A stretch of DNA of 61,634 nucleotides, counting the filler, from Choristocarpus tenellus KU-1152 (taxonomy: Eukaryota > Protista > Phaeophyceae), in the NCBI GenBank assembly GCA_964200185.2. It is 9 parts of 9 records of this genome, joined end to end, with 100 filler letters (N's around TTAATTAATTAA, not from the genome) between each part and the next. Parts side by side here need not be neighbours in the genome. Positions count along the whole stretch, not along the records: positions 47,781 to 61,634 come from CAXNAD020001346.1; 8 more parts are not named here. One strand, given 5' to 3'. The notes below the pieces were generated by a model. The model did no database searches and was not told the origin of the DNA. It saw nothing but the letters and a program-made list of their open reading frames with translations. The stretch's first letter is position 1. Every line of letters starts with the position of its first letter. A program made the position numbers and the translations under genes. This document shows positions 51,930 to 61,634 of this stretch, one piece after another.

Positions 51930-53600
51930 AGTTAGTAGTTAGTTTAAGAAGCATTGCAGTCTGTAATGCTGTCATTGACATTGGTTTCAACACACTGCTG
52001 TCGACTATGTAGAACGTCTTTGGCAGGTCTGTGGCAGATGGCATGGAGTATGCTGAACACCTGGTCGCTGTCTCTCAGTAGATGTGGAGGTGGTTGTTAT
52101 GGATGGGCGGGAGCTACTCTGAACAAGAACATGGTGGGCCCGAGGTCCCACACGGCTCAAGATTCCCATAAAGCCCATTTTAAAGGTGTCCCATGAGGAG
52201 TCATTGCTGGTGAAAATGGGTAGTTTCAGTGTGTATTCCATGGTGCTGGAGAAGTTTTTTTCTTGAGATGTGAAGGTGGGAGATTCATGGTAGGTAGTAC
52301 AAGACCAGGTAGTGTGAGTCATGTAGGTGTGGAGGCTCATAACTAGTTGAACCTATGAATGAATCATGCTCTATTGCACAGTGGCAGGTTGGTTGTAGCA
52401 AAGGGGTGTCATATTGTAATGAAGCACCAGTGAGTTCGTGCTGGTGAGTCTAGTGATATGCTTTGCACAGTCAGAGGCTGTATGGTACAGCGATGTAGGG
52501 TATTCCTTTCTACATTCAAAGGAAGATATCCAAATCTGTGTATAGGCTTGTCACCTGGCAAAGAAGGGTTTTGTGGATGTTTTAACTCTGAATATATAGC
52601 ATTCTGTTGTGTGTCAGGTACACTTACTGCAGGGTGAACTCGAGGACTAAGAGGGGGCAGAGTCAACCAGAGAAAAATAATGATCAAAATATGAGATACA
52701 AGTGATGGTTCTGTTGTGAAGATAAAAAACAAACTTGAATCAGTATCTGGTATAACTCATGCGACACATATTATGCTCGTGTGATAGATATCAACTGTTC
52801 CATATTTGCTACGCAACATAGAGATGTAACAGTATTTGTGTTGAAACATGGGATTTAATGAGTCGAGCTCTTGAACAGTGGCAGGTGGGTTGTGGTAAAG
52901 GAGTGTCATAGTGCAATGAAGCACTGGTGACTTCATGCTGGATGAACCCAGTGACAAGATGCGCGTAAGTCAGAGGTTGTTTGGTAAAAGCTTGTGGGTA
53001 TTCCTTGAGACGCTCAAAGGAAGAGGTTTATACTCGAGTAGAGGCTTGGTACCTTGTGAAGAAGACTTTCTGAAGATGTTTCAACTCTGAATATATGGCA
53101 TCCTGTCGTGTAGCAGTACATGTAGTGCAGAGTGACCTCGGAGTCTAAGCGGGGGCAAAGACATCCAGAAAAAAAAGAACAATCAGCATATGAGATGCAT
53201 CTGACGGTTCAGATGTGAAGATCAAAGAAAATAAAGAAACAAACTTGAATCAATATGTGGGACAACTCCTGTGGCACACACTATTCCTATGTGTTTGACA
53301 GATGTTGACTGTTCCATACTTCTTACGCACCGTATGTTCTAACAGTAGTTGATGCCATAATGAGGTGCTAATGATGTAAATGTGACTAACCCATATCGAT
53401 ATGCAAATCAGCAGTTGGTATGAACTGGTAACACTGTATCGAATGAAGTACAAAAAGACGAGTAGCCTATGTTTTAAAAAATCAATGATCCTATGATATA
53501 GTACCAACAATGAAAAGCTGAGTAACGACCGGTACCGATGTGTGAATCAACAGTCGGTATGAACTGGTAATACTGTAGGGTATCAGTAACACAAAGATGA
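51930..53600 (-). mobile_element. Copia-like gag element, reverse orientation, with ~500-bp tandem duplication of its upstream region
   Basis: MEYTLKLPIFTSNDSSWDTFKMGFMGILSRVGPRAHHVLVQS is homologous to 26215 onward. Duplicated blocks at ~52400-52830 and ~52890-53340. Confidence 0.7.
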
Positions 53601-56488
53601 ATAACCCATGTTTCAATAATGCCTCTTGCTACAGGTAAGGATGATCACTGACTAGCGTGGTGGAAATAATAATATTGTCAATGTTCCGTTTTTCATTTTT
53701 TGACTCTTCCTCTTACAAGGCCATGACACTCCAATCCAAAACACAGATACATATTTTTATGCCCTCCGACATTTCACTGATGTATTGGGGGTGGGGAGGA
53801 ACCAAGACTAAAACTATACAATAGTTGTCTTCAATGCTAATACACCTCCATAAAATATGTGCAATTCAAAAAACAAACAATACAACAAGTGTCCCCTTAA
53901 AGATGGATTGGATTGGAGCTACTTATCCCATCATAGTAAGCTTGCAGAGTATTTTGCAACATGGTGGTCCTACCTCCCTTGTCTCGTCAAACTGGAGAAA
54001 CTACTCAACTTACCACACGGAGCTGCAGATAACTCCATGGGATGTCACGGACTCATCTCCATCTCCGCTTCTCTCAAATAGGTGAGAAAGGGTTTGTATC
54101 ATTGCATCTGTGGCTCACCCTCAGCGAGGAACGGACCTTGCGACCATGAGTGAGGAAATTCACTTATGTCCGCATTGATGGCCTGTAATAGAGTGCAGGT
54201 CGCCGAATGGGTCACTCATACAGGAAAAGGGATGCTTCCGTAGAAAAAAATGAGTCATGGTTGTTACAACTTAGAAAAACACATTAGTTGCTTATTATTT
54301 ACCTAACACTTTGCTTGAAGTGCTACATATTCTGGGTGAGCTGGCAACTCTTGTGGTGGGTGGTAGGTGGAGTGAGAGATTCAGCAGGAAGGAAATGGTG
54401 AAAGTACACCTGCCCAATAGATTGTGCCTAATATGGGACAAGTGGTGATTTTCAAGGCACGCCATGTGCTTCAAGCAGAAGGTACAGGAATGATTGGCAA
54501 GGAGCTGAGGCCTGGCTGATTTGTGGAAATTTTCCTTTTTTCTAACAACTACATTGTACCAGTGGGTGTGTGGTTTCAAGTGGGTGAATTGTTGTACGTC
54601 TCTTGACTAAATGTAATTATGGTCTCTAGTGTGGATGGAGATGCTTTCTTCTTTCCAAATCCAGTAAGGATGGAAGGTGTATTAGAAGGCCTGTATTGCA
54701 AACAGCACAGACTCTGTTGCTACCAAATTGGTTGTATTCTCTGCCCTTTATGCTTGTCTTTTCACTGCATGAAATTTGAAATATCGGTTGGCAAAAAGAC
54801 TACGTAAAGTTTCACATAAAATAATCATGCCCCACAGGTTTGAACCCCCCCACCCTATAGCTCTTCAGTATAGTACAGCACATTATACTGCATATGATTT
54901 AGTGCCCATTGACATTTTGGAGGTGCAGTCATAGGAGGGGAGAGTCACGAAGCAACATAAAAGATAGGTAGTTAAAATAAACATAAAACAGTCTGTATTG
55001 CTTGCATTAATAGTCAAAGGTCTTCCTATGGACCAACAGTAAAGGTCTAACTTAAGAAGTTGGGCATTGATTTGTACTATGCTAACTGACATTTTGGAGA
55101 GGTTGTCATGGATGGGACAAAGAACGCAACACACAAGGCGAGTATCCCAAGAGTCAGTCAAGCCCTACCTCACCTATTCGCTCAGAGCCCCCAGGTTGAA
55201 GCGTATGACATGCCATGAAGTTGCCCATTGCGCCATTAAGGACATGATCTCTATGGGCGTGTCTTCATCGCTCCCTGCTGAAATCCCCAGCCCTTCCTTA
55301 ACCCACCAAGTGAGTTGCCAGCTCACGTAGGAATACAGCCTGCCCGTGTGCCGTGGCGCTCAGAGCTTTCCGCTATGAAGGTACTGAGGTTAAGAATATG
55401 AGGAACAAAATATCCCTCATAGTGGTTGCGATTCTGGGTCTCAGGTGGTGCAGGTGGTGAAGCAGCAATGCTGTTGCTCAATGGTGACAATCCTGCGGGA
55501 GTCTGCTTGGACCTCTGCAAATATCACATCCAGGAGGAGACTCCTTTCCTGCTAGGCAGCAGGGGCTGCAATGGACGGCGGAATACTGCATTTAAGAAGA
55601 AATTCCGACCGATGGTGAAGGGACTCCTATCCGTTTGCATATGCGTGAGCTGTCGAACCTGCCACCCAGGACTAAGGCATGTACATGCATGCCTCGCATC
55701 GAGGTTTTGCTTTCTGTATCCAGTTGCAGGGCAAAATGTGGACAGTGCCTCCTTCAACCCCAAAGATTGGTTGACGGTGAGGCGGAATCCTTTTGTTTCT
55801 GCTGGGTTGTACCTCACACTGAGCCCTGTGGCGTGCCAAAGCGATGATTCTCCTACAGTTCTAAGATCCACCTGGAGCTTTGCCAGATGGGCGCGGCAGG
55901 CACCGAAGCGAACCTTGTTGTGTACTCATCTTCCCCTTATCTTGGTGTTTAGTTACGATTGTGTGTAAGGCGTCTTTAAATGATCTCATACGATCCGGAA
56001 ATCTGCGTGTTGGTGCGCGATGTTCCATCACCATTGTCCCAATATTTCGAAGTTAATGGTTTTCAGTCTATTCAAGGTACTCAGTTTAACTTCATTGCAC
56101 CGACTGTCTGGGAGCCATCAGACACCTTAGAAGTGTAGGTGGTACAATTGCCTTGCCTCAAACCCCTTGCTCTGGTGCAGGTAAGATGGTGGATTGATCT
56201 TCTTTATTAATCTTGTGATGCTCAAGTTCTCTGTGCAGTTCCGTCCTTCAGAAGAAATTTTGGTGTATGCAACCCCTTGACCAGACTCCTGCGCGATGGA
56301 AAGGTGGTGCTTCATACCCTTCACCCTCGTGGGAATTGCTTGTCCAGTAACTCACCTCTATCCTCTCTGTATATCATGCCAGACGCGCAATTATTCCAAG
56401 GCTATTTTGCGGGGTGTGTCCTATTCCGTCCCTTGATCTCCTTTTGCTCTCCATCACGTTTTCGGTTGTACCCTTGCAGCTTGCAATC

Positions 56489-59400
56489 ATGGCGGACACC
56501 GGCGAGATGAGCGCTGAGCAGGTGGCGGAGATGCGGAAGAAGCGTACCTTCCGCAAATTTACTTTCCGTGGGGTTGACTTGGAGAAGCTGCTCGACCTGT
56601 CTATGGAGGTGGGTGAAACCTCCAGTCCTATACCCTGTAGTAGTAACCTTCCCTGTTTCTCTACTCCTGTCCTGCATTGTTACCGTCTCCTGGGATATTC
56701 CGTAATCCCTACTGCTTATAAGTCGAAAGTTGTTTTCTAGTTTCAAGTTTATGTATCTCCCTTCAAACTTCGTGCTTTGACTATTGAGGGCACCTCGTCG
56801 TTGGCCTTTGACGGTGTGGTAGGAAGTGTAGAGAGAGAATTTTAGGCGACTCTAGAAGTGCTTCATTATTCCTCATGCTTTCAGTCTTGGACGGTGGTTA
56901 TCAGGCTTGTCTTGAGCTTTCACGCTTCTTGTTCTCCACAAGTTGTTCATCCCTCGTTTCTTTGACATCGTTGCGCTGACGTGCCCCCCCAACATTAAAT
57001 ATCGCTTTCGAACGTGGGGGGTTATGTGGGATCTTATGCGCCGTGACGATCGCGATTAACTTGTAAATGCAGGAGTTCATGGAGCTGGTGCACGCACGTG
57101 CCCGTCGCAGAATGTCTCGTGGACTGAAGCGCAAGCCCATGGCCCTCATCAAGCGCCTGAGGAAGGCAAAGAAGGGTAAGACGAAACGTATAAGCACAGC
57201 CATCAAATCACATCGGCCCTGGGCATTGGGGTGTCGGGTAGGGGTACAAAAGACAGCATGAAGTTTAGTCCTTTCAGTGTCTCTTCTGAAAGTATTGATA
57301 TCAATAGTGAAGAGTTATTGTGCAGGGTGTAAGATCTGTGTACCAACTTGTCTTTTTTGAAGATCATTTATTTTGAAGTGTTTTTTTCAGAGAGGCTGTA
57401 CCCTTCGAATCCTGTTTAGGCATGTAGGTATTTAAATTCTTCATATGAGAGACTCGGCACTCAAGCTATAGTTTGCAGACATGCTGAGAAGAATCAAGTT
57501 ATTGCTCCCATGAAAATCAAATTTCCCAAAGCATCTAGTCCTACACTTGAATGATTCATGTCTCTTCTATGTAGAAATTAGGCTATGGTTCAGGGTCTAA
57601 ATTTCCTTTTTCATTACTATTCACCCGTTCACTATTTCTTCACGTAGATACCTCTGTCTCTGCTCTGAGGTATTTCTGTTATACGTGCATAGTTAGCTCC
57701 TACTTAGCCTTTTGTTAACCTTTTTGGGTTTTGATGTCAAAATATCCAGAACAAGATATTTATATTTTTATTGTATCACTATAGCTGTATTGTAATTTTT
57801 TGGTATTGTGGTGTTACTATTATAGTACTTCCAACAGCTGTTTCGGTGGAGAATTCTGTGGTGTCCCCAAGGTGAACTATTCAAATTTGGCAGGGCCTCA
57901 TAAGGATCTGATGTGGATTCATATCCTTCATACTTTCTCTAAAATGCATGCGGTTATACCGTCTGATTTGAAGTCCAAGTTGTAGGGAGGGGTCACATGG
58001 AATTCATTAATAGAGGGAAAGGTAATATCACAAGAGCAAATCAAAGACCTAACTTGTGGAAACCTCTCTTTTACTATGTAAAGGCTTAGGATATGTTTTG
58101 TGTAGTTAGTTGGGAAAAGTGTACTTTGGTTTGCACAGTTGGGTAAAGGTTTCACTTCTTGATCTCTCCATGTGTAGAGTAATGAGAGGAGCTTTCTGAG
58201 CTGGACTAGGGACTCAAATGTAGCCAAAATATTGAGGGGATCATCGATTTGGTGTGAAATTGCACTGCATAGTGTGATCATACACACATTTCCATGATGG
58301 TGCATATTTTATAACCCATGTTATCACTAGTTTCAAAATCATATCATTCTATGGAAACTGAAATTTTTATTTTGTCTTGATTTATTTGGTAACCTGACCC
58401 TAAATCGAGTGGAGCTCATGCTGGCAAGTTCTAAGATGTGCAGTTTTCGGAATGAATCAGGGGGCAGAGGATGATATTGAAGAACTGTTGGTCTCAATTT
58501 GATGTGGCGTTGATACACTTGCCATCCCGTAACCATCATCTACTGAATACAAAACCACATGTGTGGAGTGAGAGATAAGGGAATATATGTAATCTTGTAT
58601 GAAATGCATCAACTGAACACTTGAAATCATACACACCTTCAGGGTCTTGTTGAAGTAGTAGGTTGTCCCTGTCCTGAATATGATACTTGTGGAAGGTGTG
58701 ACTCTTGTTCTTTGACCAGTGATCGAACGGCCTAAAACCCTTTTTTTATTAATGAGACGAGCACCTTCTATGTATCGATTTGATGCGTCTCCTGTGAATC
58801 TTGATGTGGTAATCCTTGAACCGATCTCTACGTGTACAGATGCTGCCCCTGGGGAGAAGCCTAAGGGTATCAAGACTCATCTTCGAAACATGCTCATCGT
58901 GCCGGAGATGATCGGGTCCATTGTTGGTATCTACAATGGTGAGTTGATCATAAGGGTTGCTTCCAGTGAGTAATAGTTATGGGTGGACAGGTATTCTGTT
59001 GCAAGATTGCTCAACAAGCCAATCTGCATTGCTATTCTTCTCATATTTTTATTCATTCAAGGTGGTGTGGAGAGAAGGGGATCAAATGTGTTTGCTATCT
59101 GTTTTTTATTTGCGCTTGTTTTAATTTACCTAAATCAGGTGTGAGCCAGAACAGGGTTGTTACTATGACACCAAAAATTCCAAACTGGAGTTAGATATTT
59201 GGATTAAGTTTGTAGCTTCATTCAATGAGCACAAGGTGTATGTATTCCTGTAGTTTTGCTTCACTGTAGAGCATCTGAATCACCTTCAAGGGAAGGCTTG
59301 ATGTATCATCTATGTGACTGTCACAATCCTATGCCTGCTATACTCAAACTCTTTGAACATAGGCAAGTCAATGAATGGTGTAGAGATCAAGCCGGAGATG

Positions 59401-59505
59401 GTGGGACATTACCTTGGGGAGTTCTCCATCACCTACAAACCAGTTCGCCACGGCCGTCCGGGTATTGGGTCCACTAACTCCTCACGTTTCATCCCCCTCA
59501 ACTAG
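56489..59505 (+). CDS. RPS15: 40S ribosomal protein S15 (uS19); exons 56489-56608, 57073-57175, 58840-58938, 59363-59505; 154 aa
   Basis: [20 protein letters not shown] / [27 protein letters not shown] / [24 protein letters not shown] / [39 protein letters not shown]. All introns are GT-AG with consistent phases (0,1,1), and the spliced length is 465 nt. Confidence 0.98.
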
Positions 59506-61359
59506 AAGAGGGAATGGTTAACTAGAGTCTTTGCTCTTTACGCTGACTTTCACAGTGCAGGCTACCAAGTATGACACAAGGCTTTATCGGTAGCAGGGAG
59601 TCATCTCCTGTGGCTGCATAGGTTTTTTTTTCACATGAGGCTTGTTTAGCTTCCGGATCCTGCACCACCAGCTGATTGTGTGTTGCTGGCGATTGTGCTG
59701 TTTGACTGGCTGTGTGAGAAGGGGACTTTTTGTTGTGATTTATGTTTGCAGGCACATAATATCATGACTGAAAGTAATGAAAATGAGGCAAAATATAATT
59801 ATTCTCCTTAAATGATGAAACACTTGGGTCACTTGTTCATGTCATTAATTGTGAGAAATGTTACTTCGTGCTGATCTGTGGTTGTGTGCTGGATCATTGC
59901 AATGTGTAGAGAGTGACTATCACTGCTTCCCCACAAAGAGACTGATTTCTTTACAGGACGGGGGTAATCTGGCTTCCTATTCACTATCTCATCCCAATTT
60001 TTTGGTGTTTCTTGGTATTTGTTGTGTGATTCCTTACTTCGAAGTATGTGCAGTGTGTATCCTTGAAAGTTGTGGTAAATGGGTCCATGGTTATTTCCCG
60101 CATCTACAGTGTGTCGTCTTTTTCCATAAATAAAATTGCTAATTGTGTGTATATAGCATATTCGAAACATCTGTGCAGTAGTTGATTGGCAGCATCTTAC
60201 TCTTGACTTCAATTAGGGGAACATCTAATACTTGCACCACACAGTCGTGTAATGTTGATGCTTGATGCGGCCAAGTGGGAAGTGATGGATTCAGCAACAG
60301 ATAATGTGAACAAATCGAGCATTTCTGTATCACTTGCTGTACTCTATGTTCAAGGACGTAGTGTGGGCTGACATGAATGCCTGCCAGAATCGCCACAGCA
60401 TTGGGATTTACCCACCCTTCATAGTCAAGGATTCATCTTCCCTCCCTACCTTGTTTCTTAGCGCTTTTCATCGATGGTTGTTAACTATTTCGACATGGTC
60501 CAGACATCAGTTACCCTTTTTTCGTGACAATTTCTGTAGTAGTGTAAGGCTCAAAGTGTTTTTTCCCAATTTTGTTTTGATTTTCAACACGTGTCGTTTT
60601 AGTACATGGTTGTTCTCTTTTTCGAGTGTACAATGGCTTCTCAATGCTGTCTACAAGAAAGATGTTGCTTCAAGACCTTGGAACATAGGTGTGTAGGTGG
60701 TCAGGCGTTTTTTTTTTAGTTTTGTGGACATGAGGAGGGACCTTCCTAGAAATTGAAGGAAAGATAATGATACAATGATTTTTTTCAGGATTGATGGCAT
60801 TTGCTTGTGTAGGAGCAAATCGTGAAAGGTTTACTTCAGCCATCTTTTATTCCTTCTTCCAGGTTCTCAAAATTCTGTCCTTGCTCCCATAACTCACTGA
60901 AAGATGAAGCCTAACAGGGAGTGAGGGCTTTTCGTGACAGACACTAGTAGCTATTATTGCTGTTGTGAATGACTGAGGAGTGTTACAAAGTTTATTGGGG
61001 AAGCCTTCTTTCGAAGCACTATTTCTTTCATTGCACCCTGTTTCATGTCAGAGAAGTATACTATTTGAAGAATGATTATGGTGAAATGGGCAGATCGTTG
61101 GCAGAGTTGCCAATTTGCTTTGTTGGCTGGGATTGGCTGTGTGTAGCCTGCCTGCTAACAACTATCGTGGGTGATAAGAAAAATGCACCGTGAGAAGAAA
61201 GAGTAGGATTTGATGAAATTAATCTACACATTGTGGAGTGACTGAAAATCTTCTGCTAGTTGGATGTTGAGTAGCACGTTTGGTATCAGTAAGCAATTAC
61301 AATAATAACTGGTTATTAGAGCCATTTGGTTAAAAAATATAGCACAATTGATAAAGTGA

Positions 61360-61466
61360 TACATAACATGTTATGTAATGTTTTATGCTGTTAACACAGC
61401 ATATGTGCTTATAAGTGTTGTGTTAACATATACTTACAAGTGTTTTGTTGACATGTGTTGTTAACA
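61360..61466. promoter_or_regulatory. Repeat/palindrome cluster upstream of parA-like ORF (parC/parS- or operator-like)
   Basis: 18-bp perfect palindrome TACATAACATGTTATGTA (61360-61377). TGTTRACA at 61389, 61421, 61446 and 61459. 22-bp direct repeat CTTAYAAGTGTTKTGTTRACAT at 61408 and 61433. Function is inferred only from position. Confidence 0.45.
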
Positions 61467-61494
61467 GATGTATTTTTAGCAAAAAGAGAATTTT

Positions 61495-61634
61495 ATGATT
61501 ATATTAATAGGTGGCGAAAAAGGTGGTACTGGTAAAACTACGGTGGCTACAAACCTTGCTGCAATCAGAGCTGGTAAAAAGCATGCAAATAATTTACCCT
61601 TTAATCCTTTAATAAGAGTAGGTATTGCAGATAG
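61495..61634 (+). CDS. parA: N-terminus of a bacterial plasmid-type ParA/Soj family ATPase (runs off window end)
   Basis: MIILIGGEKGGTGKTTVATNLAAIRAGKK... has the deviant Walker A motif KGGxGKTT right after the start Met. AT-rich codon usage, no intron, purine-rich AAGAGAA just upstream. Too short for the ORF track. Confidence 0.8.
   Translation, partial: MIILIGGEKGGTGKTTVATNLAAIRAGKKHANNLPFNPLIRVGIAD

Noticed and set aside
56609-59362. snoRNAs in RPS15 introns
   Set aside because: No canonical RTGATGA...CTGA pair with terminal stem found by eye; H/ACA types cannot be assessed without a covariance search.
1245-61193. Most ORFs in the six-frame track (e.g. 30486-30971, 37273-37677, 55426-55968)
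   Set aside because: No recognisable motifs; many are antisense shadows, low-complexity or MITE-derived (e.g. repeated MLGSVNIL... and KSPKNRDMKKL... peptides).

Overview
Eukaryotic nuclear DNA, intron-rich and TE-rich. A stramenopile (brown-alga-like) origin is inferred from gene structure, the RPS15 sequence and TTAGGG motifs, not from a search. The window is nine unrelated or unordered contigs joined by artificial 100-nt N44-TTAATTAATTAA-N44 spacers, so adjacency across spacers means nothing. Host genes: a complete 4-exon RPS15 (uS19), a tRNA-Leu(TAG), the last two exons of a SES1/saposin-like ER protein, the first two exons of an APLF/PNKP/aprataxin-type FHA protein, and several exons of a TPR-like, possibly pseudogenised gene. 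Most of the rest is decayed mobile DNA: four plant-mariner-like (DD39D-group) transposase remnants with D40D and D37D spacings, three related MITE families with 4-bp TSDs (Sola-like), a solo LTR, gag-only Copia-like copies, an RTE LINE fragment and minisatellites. The most unexpected signal is in the last ~300 bp: an AT-rich, bacterial plasmid-type parA start (Walker A KGGTGKTT) preceded by TGTTAACA repeats, 2 kb from RPS15 on the same contig. It could be horizontal or endosymbiont DNA, or an assembly chimera. I found no convincing complete novel system.
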